Shown one piece after another: positions 1 through 13,649 of a stretch of 64,000 nucleotides of DNA. Every line of letters starts with the position of its first letter. Within the stretch, counting starts at the first letter, position 1. The notes under the pieces are model-generated. The model had not been told where the DNA came from, made no database searches, and worked only from the letters and a program-made list of their open reading frames with translations. Origin of the DNA: Chiloscyllium plagiosum (lineage: Eukaryota); contig NC_057752.1 in NCBI RefSeq assembly GCF_004010195.1, forward strand, positions 15,457,031 through 15,521,030, written 5' to 3'. Position numbers and translations under genes: made by a program.

Positions 1-200
1 CATGAAAAGAAATGACATCACTAACCCAAAGAAACCCAAAGATATAAATAGAAAGTAGGAATAGTCAGCAGTGCTTCGCCTGAGGTCCACTGAAGATGTT
101 ACCTAGTATGGTAAGGAAACGACTGGAAATGAACCTTTTAGCTCAGCGAGCAAACCGACATCCAAAACCTCAACCTGAGCTACAAATCTTCTCAAAACTC
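1..200 (+). mobile_element. Penelope-like element 3' end/pLTR fragment with decayed hammerhead motif
   Basis: 86-127 reads TCCA-CTGAAGA-TGTTACC tagta TGGTAAG-GAAAC-GAC-TGGA. This is the same architecture as the Penelope tail at 36060-36099. Confidence 0.65.
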
Positions 201-573
201 TATAGAAAGACATACCATGGAAGAATGTGTTCACAGTTTTCAGAATGCTGAAATGAAGAAATTTTGATTGCATCCTGCAACTTGAGCCAGTATTCATTGA
301 GTGCGGCAGAGGGATATTCTGTAAGCGGCAGAGCTATTTGTCTCACGCTATCTTTTGGAACTCACCTCATTAACTATCCATCCTAATCCGTGGTGTCTCT
401 CTCACTCAATGCCAACCCGATTCTCCAACCCATCATGCCTGGAGGAATTCAGCATCGCCCGGATGCCCATGGATATTCTATGATTCGTGGAAATGCTACC
501 ATCTTTAAAAGGCTAATGGGCACACGATTGAGCTTTGTCAGTTCGGAGCTGCACTGCACAGTTTACGCCGACC

Positions 574-805
574 ATGGCAGATAAGGGGCAATTACACCAC
601 GGTTTGTCGACAGGGGCATGGAGGTCCTGGTGGATGGCCTAGTACATAGGGGACCATTCTCTTTCCAGAGAGGGCCACACCATCAGACCCATCGAACATG
701 GTCTGACCTAACCACCCAGCTCATTGCAGTATTTGCAGTCTGAAGAAATGTCCAGTAACACAGGACAAGCATCAATACCCTCCCTGCTCTTTCAGGACAA
801 GGCTC
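574..805 (+). mobile_element. Harbinger/PIF-type Myb/SANT-like DNA-binding gene remnant (frameshifted, stops)
   Basis: Translation across frameshifts gives MADKG..TPRFVDRGMEVLVDGLVH..ILFPE.PHHQTHRTWSDLTTQL..V*RNVQ*HRTSINTL. It resembles the PRF-x-LEVLV...W...V-RT-x-Q-x-RKK pattern of Myb_DNA-bind_5 domains. Confidence 0.7.
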
Positions 806-1689
806 ACTGTATTCTCTCTGCTTTCTCACACTCAGTGCATAACTGTTATAGCATCTACCCCCGAACAAGGCTCATGCTCCAACACTCTCGCTATTGCATG
901 CAGCACCCCTTCCAATTTACCCTCCACACTAATTACACCGCATTGATAGAACACTGTGTAATGACTTCCTCTGGAATCCTCACAATTCACCGCCCCCACC
1001 TAGAGCAGCATTAACATCAGGGCCACCCACTCCCCCCTCCCCCTCCCTTTCTCCCATTCCAGGTAGGAAGAGCCTGGAATAGGAAAGAAAGGGCCAAGCC
1101 GGGTAGTGGAGTTCCCGATATCTGTTTCCTTATCTCCCTCCCCCCGCAATGTGGGAGAACCCTGGAACGAGCTGGAGAGGACGGGACAGCTCGTGTGGAG
1201 ATTCTGAAATATCCACGTCCCACCAACCGAGACTGAGCAAAGCACATAACATTTTGGACATACAAACACACATGAAGTCATAAAGTCACATAGGGGATTT
1301 AGAAACAGACCTATCGGCTGATACAGTACATGCTGAGGATAATTTTAAACTAATCTAATCTAATCCCACGTTCTTGCACTTGGACTATGTTTTCCTAAAC
1401 CTTCTCTTACTCTTGTACTTAATAAAATGTCTTTTAAACGTTGTAATTTCACCCACATCCACCACTTCTCAGGACGTTCATTCTATAGACGAACCAAATG
1501 ATGTGTAATAAAAATGCATTTCATGTGTCCTGATCAGGTATACACGAGGCCTTTGTGGCAAGATTGCTTTGAGTCTTGATGAGACGTTGTTTTAATTAAT
1601 AACCCAGATGAGGTGCTGGAATACAAGAGACTGACGAACGTGGTGCTATTATGAAGCAAACTGGAAAGGAGAAGACAGAGAACAACAGA

Positions 1690-3015
1690 TTGATGAGCCT
1701 GACATCAGTGCTGGGCAAAGTGTTGGGGAGAATCCTGAGGGACAGGATGTACATGTATTTGGAAAGGCAATTAGCGACAGTCAACATGGCTTTGTACGTG
1801 GGAAATCATGTCTCACAAACGTGATTATTTTTGCTTGAAGAAGTAACGAAGAGGATTGATGCGGGCAGAGCAGTGGACGTGATCTATATGGACTTCAGTA
1901 AGATGCTCGATAAGGTATTAGTGTATTAGTGAGTGTCTGGTTTGCCTGGTAGACTGGTTTGCCAGTCTCATGGAATACGGGGAGAACTAGCCAATTGGAT
2001 ACAGCACTAGCTCGAAGATAGATGACAGAGGGCGGTGGTGGAGGGTTGCTTTTCAAACTGGAGGCCTGTGAGCAGTGCTGTGCCACAAACATTGGTGCTG
2101 GGTCCACTGCTGATTGTCATTTATATAAATGATTTCAATGTGAACATAGGAAGTATGGTTAGTATGTTTATAGATAACACCAAAATTTAAGGTGCAGTGG
2201 ACAGAGCAGAAGGTTACCTCGGATGACAACGGGCCAATGATCTGAGGAGTGGCTTGTGGAGTTTACTTTATAGATAAATGTGAGGAGCTGTATTTTGGAA
2301 AAGAAAATCAATTGTTTGACATATACAATTAATGTTCCGTCCCTGTGGAGTGTTGCTAAACAATGAGACCTTGGAGTGCAGGTTCATAGTAGTTGAAAAT
2401 GGAGTGGCAGGTACATAGGATAGTGAACAGGTATGTGATATGCTTGCCGTTGTTGGTCAATGCATTGAATATAGGAGTTAGGAGATCATACTGTGGCTGT
2501 ACAGGACATTGCTTAGGCTACCTTTGAATACTTCGTTCAATTACGGTCTCGCTCTTAGAGGAAGAATGTGTGCAACCTGAAAGCGTTCAGAAAATACTTA
2601 GAAATATATTGCCAGGGTTGGAGGCTTTGAGGTTTATGGAGAGGCTGAATAAGCTGGGGTTATTTTCCGTGGAGCACCAGCAGTTGAGAGGTCAGCTTAG
2701 AGATTTATAAATGCATCGTTCCAAAGCCAGAGGACATAGGTTGAAGGTGAGAGGGGAAAGACTTAAAAGGGATCAAAGGGGCAATGTTTTCAAATAAAGG
2801 GAGTTGTGTATGTAACGAGCTGCCAGAGGAAGTTGTGGAGGCTGGCACAATTACAACATTTAAAAGGCATCTGGAGGGGTACATGACTAGGAAGTGTTTA
2901 GGGGGATATGGGACAAATACAGGCAAATAGAACTACATTAATATAGGACATCTGGTTGGTAAGGTAGAATTGGATGGAAGGGTTTGTTTCCATGCTGGAC
3001 AGCTCTATGACACGA
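1690..3015 (+). mobile_element. CR1 LINE, 5'-truncated RT region and 3' end, decayed
   Basis: Recognisable CR1 ORF2 words (SLTSVLGKVL, GKSCLTN, DVIYMDFSK, LGPLL), followed by a CR1 3' UTR. Confidence 0.9.
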
Positions 3016-3019
3016 TGTC

Positions 3020-3600
3020 TTCTGCACAACTTGCTCCTCTCAACTTAAAATGACGCCTTGGTCTTGAAATTCATCATCCTAAGGATAGGAAAAATGCCAT
3101 TCAGCATCATCTCTGCCCCTCATTGTTTTATAAAGCTCCATAAGGTCTCAACCTTCTACCCTGCATTGGAAAAGTCCCAGTCCATTGAGACTGTACTTAT
3201 AACTTAAACACGCCATTCCCAACAACATTCTGGTAAACCTTTCTGAACCGTCTCCAGTTTAACAATATCCTTAATATGACTGGGTGACCAGAACTGCACA
3301 CAGTACTCCCGGAGAGGCCTCATCAATGCCCTGCACAGACTGAAGATAATGTTCCACCTCCTACACTCAAAAGGCTGAGCAATGAAGCCCAGCAAGCCAA
3401 ACGCCTTTTTAACCATTCTGCCTACGCATGATGCAAACTTCAAAGAAATATACCAGAACTCCTGGACTCTCTGTTCTACAACGCGACAAAAGTCCTGGCA
3501 TTTAATTGTATATGTCTTCTCTCCTTGTTTGTTTTATCTATTTGCAATATCTTGCATTCATCCAAATTAAACTCCATCTGCTGCTCCTCAGCCCAGTGAG
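3020..3600 (-). mobile_element. CR1 LINE fragment
   Basis: ORF 3204-3443 reads VKKAFGLLGFI...[15 protein letters not shown], and ORF 3476-3679 reads WAEEQQMEFNLDECK. Confidence 0.9.
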
Positions 3601-4459
3601 TGATAGTACCGGGGAAGAAAGACTGGAAAGTAATCAGTGGCCTTGGATCACTTGATGGCTTTAAGAAGAGGGCAGTCACGCGTTAGAGTTGGTAAGTAGT
3701 GATCGGTGTTTTGGAATCAGAAAATATGCTCTTTCTGCGTCTCTGGTGTTCAATAATAAATATCAATTCGAGATCCTTTATAGTGCAGCGTGTGTCTGCA
3801 TGATGTCTTTCGCTCATGTTGCAGACGACAGATAATAACCACTTAAGGTGTAAATCATAGCCAAACAACTAAAGATTTTCATAGTTTATCTCGAAGGCAG
3901 AGCCCATAAACTGAAAATCCCATACCTTTCATCTGTTTGTCAATGCAATTCTTTTAAAAGTGTAATTCAGTAAAGTCAATCAATAAATGAATTCACAAAG
4001 AGCCGAAAACTGATATTTAAAACGTAAATTTGGGCATGGTTTAACTTTTGTGCAGTGGGTAACGAACATGCCTCTGAGCCAGAGCTCTGGGTTAGATTTC
4101 AATGCCTGAACGTTCGTAGTAATCTGAATCCAGAAGGTCTGGATTCCAGTCCTGCCTGTCACCGAGGTATGTCACGGTATTTCAAAACAGGCTGATGAAC
4201 AAATTCACAGGAGAATAATGTTGCAGCTTTAGGGACTATTGCCAAGTGGTGTTAGTTCCCTACCTCTGAGCCCAAAAGTCTTGATCCAAATCCCACAGAG
4301 GTGTTTCATAATGCGGCTGAACAATTTGTTAAAATGATCTTAGAATCGTGATGTTGTGGAGAAGCCAGAGGTGCCAGTATTGAATTTCAGAATTCAGGCC
4401 CATTTTGACTGAAAGCACAGGGATTTGTGTTGATTTGAGTCACATTTGCACATTCTAGA

Positions 4460-4780
4460 GGGTTATAAGTTCATGGCGACCATGGATAGTGTGAATAATC
4501 AGGGTCTTTACCCCAGGATAGGGAAGTCTAAAACTGGAGAACGTAGAATAAATGTCAGATGGACAAAATTTGCACAGAGGCTGGTGTGTGTGTGCCAGAG
4601 GCAGTGGTGGAGGCTGGTATAATTACAACATTTAAAAGGCTTCTGGATGGGGTCATGAATTGGAAGGGTTTAGAGGGATTTGGAACAAATGCTGGAAAAT
4701 GAAAGTAAGTTAATTTACGATATTTGATTGGCACAAATGAGTTGGACCCAAAGGGTCTGTTTCTGTGCTGTATAACTCAT
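4460..4780 (+). mobile_element. CR1 LINE 3' end
   Basis: Matches the CR1 tails at 2700-3010 and 18040-18405 (acaacatttaaaaggc...gagttggacc). Confidence 0.8.
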
Positions 4781-5814
4781 TGATCCAATTAATCATGATA
4801 TCTTTGTAATCTTATGTATTCTTCTTCACCTTCCACTGTATAACTAATCTTGGTGTCATCCATAAGCTTGCTCACCATGCCTTCTTTAATTCCCATCTAA
4901 ATTGTTGATATAAATGAAAACTAGCATCAATCCCTGTGGAACGCTGCCGGTCACAGCATCCAGTCCAAAAGACAACCCTCCCCCACCACTTTCTGTCTCC
5001 TGCCAACAAGCAGAACCGCATGCAGACATACAGAGACACAGACACATTTCTGTCATTAAGACAGAGATAGATACATTTCGACTGATAAGTGGACCAAGGG
5101 TTACAGTGAGGAGGCGGGAGAATTTTGTTGAAAAACATGCCAATCATGATCGAACAGCAGGTCAGACTCGATGGACCAAACAGTCCAGTTCTGCACCAAC
5201 TTCGTACGCTCTATGGTTTATGCTATCAGAAATGCCGACCCAAGAGAGCAGTGGAGGCTGAGTTTGATAAATATTTTACTGAATAGAGTCAATGGGAATG
5301 TGGTATAGGTTTGAGGAGCTGAATGGTCTATGTATTTCCTATTTGTTGTGCCCTTATTTCTAAAAATATAAAAGGCGACTTGCTGTAATTTCATACACTT
5401 TAAAATTAGAGGTTTCCCCATGTAGGATTGAGATAAAGATGTTCCTATTTCCTTAGGATTGTGCTGTCAGTGGTATTCTCATCCTTTGGAAACAGGGAAG
5501 ACAGGGTCATTGAAGATATTCAAGGTTGACCTTGACTAATCTTTCTTGGAAAGGGGAGTCAGTGTTTATTGGGAGCAAACAGGAAAGGCGTGTTCATCCG
5601 CAAACAGTCCAGCCATGATATTTGTAAACTGAGCAACCGGCTGGAGCTCCTATCTCATGCGTTGTTCTTTCACTGCACCCTTTGAAGTTGTAACAGAAGG
5701 AGAGGAAGACCCCATTCAGCTAGTCAATGTCACTGCAATGAGGCAGGAGCAGCCCATTCTGCCCCTCTAAGGAGATGCACAAGAATAGAATGAAGTATTC
5801 AGTCACAGAGTAAT

Positions 5815-6180
5815 GAAGATATTCATCAGGGAAACAGACTCTTTGCTCCAACTCATCCGTGCCAATCCGTTGTCCTAAATTAATTTAGTCTCATTTGCCA
5901 GCATTTCGCCCAAATCTCTCTGAATCGTTCCTTTCCATGTACCCATCTAGATGACTGTGAAATGTTGTAAGTATATGAGCCTCCACCACTTCCGCTGGCA
6001 GCTCATTCCGTACATACACCTTACTCTGTACGAACAAGTTGCCCTTAGGTCCTTTTTATATTCTTCCCCTCTCACCTTAAACCCATGTCCTCCAGTTCTG
6101 GTCTCCCCACCCCAGGGAAAAGGCCTTACCTATTTGCCCTATCCATGCCCCTCATGATTTTATAAACCTCTATAAAGACA
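5815..6180 (-). mobile_element. CR1 LINE 3' end
   Basis: Reverse complement of the same CR1 tail. Confidence 0.8.
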
Positions 6181-6639
6181 CCTCTGAAAGACTATAGTTT
6201 GTTTTAATTCATAGTGACTGCGACAATTGTTAAACACAGCATCAACAGCCAAAAATGAAATTAATGATTGAGATTATTGGTTGCGTTTTTAAGGGGAGAC
6301 GTGTTAATCAGGCAAATGGGAAATCTCTCCTCCTCCTCCTCAGTGTCTGTCCGTTGAAAATTGAGCACATGACTGATATTCCAGAATGGTTCTATTACTG
6401 CATCTGAAATAAAGTATTTTTGACCGGGTAGCGACCCCCCCAAACGTTAGTTTATATTCTGTGCTCATCTTTTAAACACTCAGGGATCAGGATCATTGAC
6501 GGTATGAACTCAACTGATCATTTCACATCAAGTGGCCCGAATGGAGGTTCGCTGACATCAGAAAAAAATCAAGAACCAGCTACACAGCATACCAGGAAGA
6601 CATGCAACTTTTCTAGGCGGCTAAACAGGAACAGGGGAG

Positions 6640-7440
6640 CCCTGCTTAGTTACGAGGAAATATAGAGGAGAGATAATTACTTGTTTTCAGGTTGGAAAGC
6701 TGTAACTAGTGGAATTGCTCAGGGATCAGTATGAGGTCATCAACAGTTTACAAACAAAATTAATGATTTGTATGAAGGTGCTGAATGGACTGGAGTTCAA
6801 TTTGCTCATACACCAGTACAGTCATTCAATAGGATGTCAAGTGGAGACATAGTGTTCACAATGCGATACAGACGGTGGAGGTTCGTGAGCAAACCTTTGG
6901 CAAAAAAAAAGTACAATGTCGGTGATGGGAAGTTTATGCTTTATAGGAAGCATAAAACAACAGCACATAATTTAACTGGAAGTATAATGCAGAACTCAGA
7001 GGTAGAAATGGCTCCGTGTGTCCTGGTACATAAAAGACATGAAGTTAGTCTGTAGATGCAGCCAGCGATTTGGTAAATAAATGGAGTGATACTTTTTCTT
7101 GCAAAGAGTATTGGGTCTGATCTGAAGAATGTTTTTCTCAACTGTACTGGCCTTTGCAGAAACTGCATATGATGTACTGCATGTGGTTGTAATTCCACTG
7201 ACGAGAAAAAACAAATTGCTTTTGAAAGATGTTTCTCTTTTCTCGTTCATGGGATGAAGGCATTACGTAATGAACGATTAGTAATTTAGGCCTGAGAATT
7301 AGAAATGTTGTTATTGACCATATAAGATTTTGAGCTAGTGAATGTCTGTTGAATATTTTATCTTGTATGGGAGACTAAGACTGGGGAAATAATTAAAGAA
7401 CAAGATGCATTCATTTCAATACTGATATTCTGAAGTTATA
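6640..7440 (+). mobile_element. Old CR1-like LINE RT remnant
   Basis: Decayed VTSGIAQGSV, INDL and QFAHT (KFADDT-like) motifs in the expected order. Confidence 0.65.
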
Positions 7441-10329
7441 TTTTGAAAGTATACGGGAACATGTAAACACATCTTCAAATCTCGTGGGATATTTGTCACG
7501 AAAGAAAAGACTTGAGTGTACGACAGCAGCAATGATGTACCTACATGGAGCAGGTAATGTGACGGAGTCATACAGCTCAGACACTGTTCAAAAAGTCCTC
7601 ATTTTATCCACTTTGGGTTCGGATAATGTTATTGTGTGATTAAACTCAGAGAGGGACGAAATGCATTCTTCCTGAGAGGGAACAGCCTGTTGTTCCCACT
7701 CTCTCCATGTTCCTCCCGTGATGGAAGGAGGCGAGAGAAGAAATCGTTGGGGCCTTGACAGATATGTTTGTGGCGTTCTTCGGTACAGGTGAGGTGCCAG
7801 AACTCTGGAAGGTTGCTCATGTTTTCCCCCTGTGCAAGAAGGGTAATAGGGATATTCCGAGTAACTACAGACCAGTATGCCTAACGTCGGTGGTGGGAAA
7901 GGTGCTGGTGAGGGTACTGAGGGATAGGCTCTATTTATATTTAGAAAAGAATGGACTTATCAGTGAAAGGCGAAATGGTTTTGTGCGGGGGAAATCGTGC
8001 CTTACCAACTTAATAGACTTCTTTTAGGAAGTGACTAAGTTGATAGGTGAAGGAAGGGCTGTTGATGTCATATACATGGACTTTAGTAAGGTGTTTGATA
8101 AGGGTTCTCATGGTAGACTAATGGAGAAAGTAAAGTCACATGGTGTGCAGAATGTTCTAGCTAGGTGGATAAAGAATTGGTTGAGCAACCCGAGACAGAG
8201 TGTAGTAGTTGAAGAGAGTTTCTAGAAATGCTGAAAGGTGGTCAGTGGAGTTCCACAGGGGTCAGTGTAGGGGCCACTGTTGTTTGTGATATATATAAAT
8301 GATCTGGAATAGGGAACTGTTGGTCTGATCAGCAAGTTTGCAGATGACACGAAGATTGGTGGAGTATCAGAAAGTATAAGGGATTGTCCAAGAATACAGG
8401 AGGATATAGATAGACTGGAGAGTTGGGTGGAAAAGTGCCAGATGGATTCAATCCAGACAAATGTGAGGTGATACATTTAGGTAATACTAATTCTCGAGCG
8501 AATCATACAATGAACGGAAGAGCCTTGGGAAAGTTTGATGGACAGAGAGACCTGGGAGAGCAGGTCCATTGTACCCTGAAGGTTGCTGCACAGGTGGATA
8601 GAGTGGGTAAGAAGACATAGAACACAGTACATAGAACATAGAACATTACAGCATAGTACAGTCGCTTCGGCCCTCGATGTTGCGCCGCCCTGGCATACTA
8701 AACTGAAGCCCATCCCACTTACACTATTCCATGTACGTCCATATGTCTGTCCAATGCTGACTTAAATGCACTTAAACTTGCCGAATCTACTACCGTTGCA
8801 GGCAAAGCATTCCATACCCTTACTACTCTCTGAGTAAAGAAACTACCTCTGACACTGTAAGCAATCTAATCTAATTGAATCTAATCTAATCTAATCTGTT
8901 TTATTCCCATCTCCCCTCATTTTAACATTGTGTCCCCTCGTGTTTGCCGCCCCCATACTTGGAAAATGGCTCTCCATCTCCACCCTATCTAACACTCTGA
9001 TTATCTTGTATGTCTCTATTAAGTCACCTCTCAACCTTCTTCTCTCTAACGAGAACAGCCTCAAGGCCCTCAGCCTTTCCTCGTAAGGCATTCCTTCCAT
9101 ACCAGGCAACATCCTAGTAAATCTCCTCTACACCCTTTCCATAGCTTACACATCCTTCTTAAAATGCGGTGACCAGAACTGTACACAATACTCCAAGTGT
9201 GGCTGACCAGAGCTTTGTACAGCTGCAGCATAACCTCCTGCTTCTGGAACTCAATCCCTCTATTAATAAAGGCCAAAATACTGTCTGCCTTCTTAACAAC
9301 CCTGTCAATCTGGGTGGCAACCTTCAGAGATCTGTGTACATGGACACCGAGATCTCTCTGCTCATCTGCACTTCCAAGAATCTTACCACTCGCCCAGTAC
9401 TTCGCATTCCGATTACTCCATCCAAAGTGTATCACCTCACACTTGTCCACATTAAACTCCATTTGCCACCTCTCATCTCAGCTCCTATGTCTCTCTGCAA
9501 CCTACTACATCCTTCGTCACTGTCCACAACTCAACCGACCTTAGTGTCGTCCGCAAATTTACTAACACACCCTTCTAAGCCCTCATCCAGGTCATTTATA
9601 AAAATGACAAACAGCAGTGGACCCAACACCGACGCTTGCGGTATGCCGCTAGTAACTGGACACCAAGATGAACATGTTCCATCAGCAACAACCCTCTGTT
9701 TTCTTTCAGCAAGCCAATTACTGATCCAAACTGCTATGTCTCCCACAATCCCAATCCTCTGCATTTTGTATAATAGCCTACTGTGGGGAACCTTATCGAA
9801 CACCTTGCTGAAATCCATATTCACCACATCAACCGGTTTACTCTCATCAACCTGTTTGGTCACTTTGTCAAAAAGCTCAATAAGATTCGTTAGGCACGAC
9901 CTACCCTTCACAAAACCATGCTGACTGTCCCTGATCAGATTATTCTTTCCTCGATGGTTATAAATCCTATCTTTTATAACCTTTTCCAACACTCTACCAA
10001 CAACTGAAGTGAGACTCACTGGTCTGCAATTTCCAGGGTTGCCTCTACTACCCTTATTGAACAAGGGAACCACATTTTCTATCCTCCAGTCCTCAGGCAC
10101 TTTTCCTGTAGACAATGATGATTGGAAGATCAATGCCAAAGGCTCGGCAATCTCTTCCCTCGCTTCCCAGGATCCTAGGATAGATCCCATCCGGCCCAGG
10201 GGACCTGTCTATTTTCCCACTCTGCAGTATTTCTAATACCTCTTCCTTGTGAACCTCAATCTCTTCTAGTCTAGATGCAAGTATCTGTGTATCTTCCTCG
10301 CCAACATTTTCGTTTTCTATAGTGAACAC

Positions 10330-10514
10330 GGGCGGCACGGTGGCACAGTGTGCCACCCTGCCGCCAGAGACCCGGGTTCAATTGAACCCGCCAGAGACCC
10401 GGGTTCAATTCCCACCTCAGGCGACTGACTGTGTGGAGTTTGCATGTTCTCCCCGTGTCTGCATGGGTTTCTCCGGGTGCTCCGGTTTCCTCCCACAGTC
10501 CAAAGATGTGCAGG
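10330..10514 (+). mobile_element. HE1-like tRNA-derived V-SINE inserted in CR1 (runs into N gap)
   Basis: GGCGGCACGGTGGCACAGTG head, GGGTTCAATTCC B-box, and central tgtgtggagtttgca...ccgggtgctccggtttcctcccacagtcc. Confidence 0.9.
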
Positions 10515-10532
10515 NNNNNNNNNNNNNNNNNN
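10515..10532. other. Assembly gap (N run)
   Basis: 18 N. Confidence 1.
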
Positions 10533-12459
10533 ATCCTTGATTGGCCCTAATTTAACTCTCGTCATTCTTTTATTCCTGACATACCTATGGAAAGCCTTAG
10601 GGTTAACCGTGATCCTATCCACCAACAACTTCTCATGTCTCCTCCTGGCTCTTCTGAACTCTCTTTTTAGGTCTTTCCTGACTTCCTTGTAATCCTCAAG
10701 CTCCCTAAGTGAGTTTTCACATTTTGTCCTAACATCAGCCTTCTTCTTCTTCTTCTTCTTCTTCATGACCAGGGATTTCACTTCCTTAGTAAACCATGGC
10801 TCACGCGTTTTATATCTTCCTCCCTGCCTGACAGGTATATACTTATCTAGGACACAGAGGAGCTTTTCCTTGAATAAGCTCCACATTTTAACGTGTTCAT
10901 CCCCTGCCGTTTCCTTCCCCATTCTACGCTTCCTAAATCTTTTCTAATGGCATCGTAATTTCCCTTCCCCCAGCTATAACAGTTGCTTGGTGGAATACAC
11001 TTATCCCTTTCTATCACTAAAGTAAACCGGACAGAATTGTGATCGCTGTCTCCAAAGTGCTCACCTACTTCAAAATCTAACACCTGGCCAGGTTCGTTAC
11101 CCAGTACTAAATATAAAGTGGCTTCGCCCCTTGTAGGCCTGTCTACATACTGTGTCAGGAAGCCCTCCTGCACACACTGGACAAAAACTGACCCATCTAT
11201 AGTACTCGTACTCCAGAGATCCCAGTCAATATTTGGATAGTTGAAGTCCCCCACGACAACAACCCTGCCTCTCTCACTCCTATCCAGAGTCATTTTTGCT
11301 ATCCTTTCCTCTACATCTCTGGGACTATTCGGAGGCCTATAGAAAACTCCCAGCATGGTGACTTCTCCTTTCCTGTTTCTAAGCTCAGCCCATACGACCT
11401 CAATTAACGAGTCCCCAAACATCCTTTCTACAACTGTAATGTTGTCCCTGATCAAAAATGCCACACCTCCCCCTCCTTTACCATTTTCGCTGTTCTCACT
11501 GAAAAATCTGAATCCGGAACCTGAAACAGCCATCCCTGTCCCTGCTCTATCCATGTCTCCTAAATGGCTACAACATCGTAGTCCCAGGTACCAACCCACG
11601 CTCCCAGTTCACCCACTTTATTTCGGATATTCCTCGCGTTGAAGTACACACAGTTCAAACCAGGTTCTCGCTAGCCAGTGTCAGACACTTGAATTTGGAA
11701 CTCCCAACTCTCATCCTCTTCTGTACCAGTCCTACAATTTTGGTTCCAATCCCCCTGCCGTATTAGTTTAAATCTACCTTAATAGCTTTAGCGAATTTCC
11801 CACCCAGGATATTGGTACCCCTCTGGTTTAGATGCTATTGGTACCCTCCTGCTTGTAGAGGTCCCACCTACCCAAGAAAGAGCTCCAATTATCCAAAAAA
11901 CCGAAACCCTTCCTCCTGCAACATCCCTGCAGCCACGTGTTCAACTCCTTTCTTTCCATATTCCTCACCTCACTAGCACGTGTCACAGGCAGCAAACCAG
12001 AGAAAACAACTCTGTTTGTCCTAGCTCTAAGCTTCCATCCTAGCTCCCTGAATCTCTGCCTCAATTCCCCATTTCTCTTCTGACCTATGTCGGTGCTAAT
12101 GTGGAACACGACTTGGAGCTGCTCTCCCTACCCCGAAGGATCTCAGAAACACGATCAGAGACATCACAGACCCTGGCACCTGGGAGGCAGCACACCAACC
12201 GTGAGTCTCTCTCGTTTCCAAAGAACCTCCTATCTGTCCACCTAACTACCGAGTCCCCAAGGAATACTGCTCTGCTCATCTTCCCCCTTCCCTTATGAGC
12301 AGCAGGTGCCCCACTGCTTTCCCCTGGTAAGTCATCCCCCTAACAGTTTCCAAAACATATAGCATGCTTGCCTACGTTGAGCGGGTTATCGAGTATAAGT
12401 GCTGGCAAGTCATGTGAAAATTGTGCAAGGCACTGTTTCGGCCGCATTCAGAATACTGT

Positions 12460-12535
12460 GCACGGTGGCCCAGTGGTTAGCACTGCTGCCTCACAGCGCC
12501 AGAGGCCCGGGTTCAATTCCTGACTCAGGCGACTG
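12460..12535 (+). mobile_element. HE1-like SINE head fragment
   Basis: gcacggtggcccagtggttagcactgctgcctcacagcgccag...gggttcaattcc. Confidence 0.85.
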
Positions 12536-13649
12536 GCACCACATTACCAAAATGATGTGGACGCTTTGGAGAGGGTGCAGAGAAGGTTTACGAGGATGTT
12601 GCCTGGTATGGAAGGTGCTAGCTATGAAGAGAGGTTGATTAAGTTAGGTTTGTTTTCATTCAAAAGAAGGAGATTGATGGGGGGGCCTAATTGAGGTTTA
12701 CGAAATCATGAAGTATATAGGCAGGATGGATGGAGAGAGGCTTTTTCCAAGGGTGAAGTATTCAATAACGAGAGGTCACACTTTCTATGTGAGAGTTAGA
12801 AAGTTTAAGGGGGATACACGCGGCAAGTAATTCACACAAAGTGTTGTGGGCGTCTGGAACGCGTTGCCAGCAGAGGTGGTAGAGGCAAGCACGGTAGATT
12901 CATTTAAGATACGTCTGGACAGATGCATGAGTCGGTGGGGAGCAGAGGTATACAGATGCCTTGGAATTGGGCGACAGGTTTAGACAGTAATTTGGATCGG
13001 CTCTTGCTTGGAGGGCCGAAGGCTCTGTTCCTGGGCTGTAAAATTTATTTGTTCTTTGCTCTCTCGTCCCAGTAATTTGGGTGAGCTGAAAACTCCTTCG
13101 TCGTCTTTACCACTCATGAAGGATTCCTGTCGAGGATTCACTGGAATCTCCCCAGTGCATGAAGTAAAGGGACCTCAGCTAAGCCCACCTCTTCCAGGAA
13201 GTAATCTCATTATTAGTAGCTTGGAAGAGCAGAATAGCACCATAAACTGAATTATATTTGGGACAATAACTCATGCTTCCTTTCATCATTAATTCAATTA
13301 ATATTTGGGCAAGGTTCTTTCAAGTTAACGCTCTGCAGAAATTTTATTTTTCAGTTTGACATCAAACGTGTGCATGAGTCAGTATTTTTAGAAAGGGAAA
13401 TATCGGTGCACAGAATAGCAATATCCAAACTGTTTGCCATTCATCTTTCCATCGTAGTTTGGGTAACTTTGTTTGGGCTATAAACCTGTTAATATTATCA
13501 GATTAAAAACTCTGCCTGACTTGTTTATAAACCTGACCCAGTCTGAGACCTATAGTATTCACCATATCACCAACCCGATTACATTAATATTTGCAGTGAG
13601 CTTTGGAAGTGTGAGTCGAGGAAAGGCAATAGTAGTAGCCTGAACTATA

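Larger units (their letters stand above)
8616..12350 (-). mobile_element. Near full-length CR1 LINE: ORF1 SGNH esterase, ORF2 AP-endonuclease + RT (disrupted)
   Basis: ORF1 words GDSVVR..CCLPGARV..VFSGLLPV..FLDNW (11828-12279). EN words GGGVAFLI, GVFYRPP, GDFNYPNIDW, SDHNSV (10847-11599). RT words [18 protein letters not shown] (9531-10190). Ends in a (catagaa)n tail at 8616-8645. Confidence 0.95.
7690..13055 (+). mobile_element. CR1 LINE (RT + 3' end) split into 7690-8615 and ~12355-13055 by a nested antisense CR1
   Basis: Contains [25 protein letters not shown] and KFADDTK. The reading stops at DRVGKK (8615) and resumes TYSMLA at ~12355. Confidence 0.92.

Noticed and set aside
9169..9924. 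251-aa plus-strand ORF
   Set aside because: It is the antisense shadow of the CR1 RT on the minus strand.
10330..10410. tRNA gene
   Set aside because: The A/B boxes belong to the tRNA-derived SINE head; there is no cloverleaf and the sequence continues into the SINE body.
10741..10764. Poly-lysine tract in a 201-aa ORF
   Set aside because: It is a (TTC)n microsatellite expansion in a dead CR1, and the ORF also crosses an N gap into a SINE.
13130..13250. V-domain-like words (IHW, NLIISSLEEQ)
   Set aside because: Too short, with no cysteines, splice sites or RSS; likely chance resemblance.
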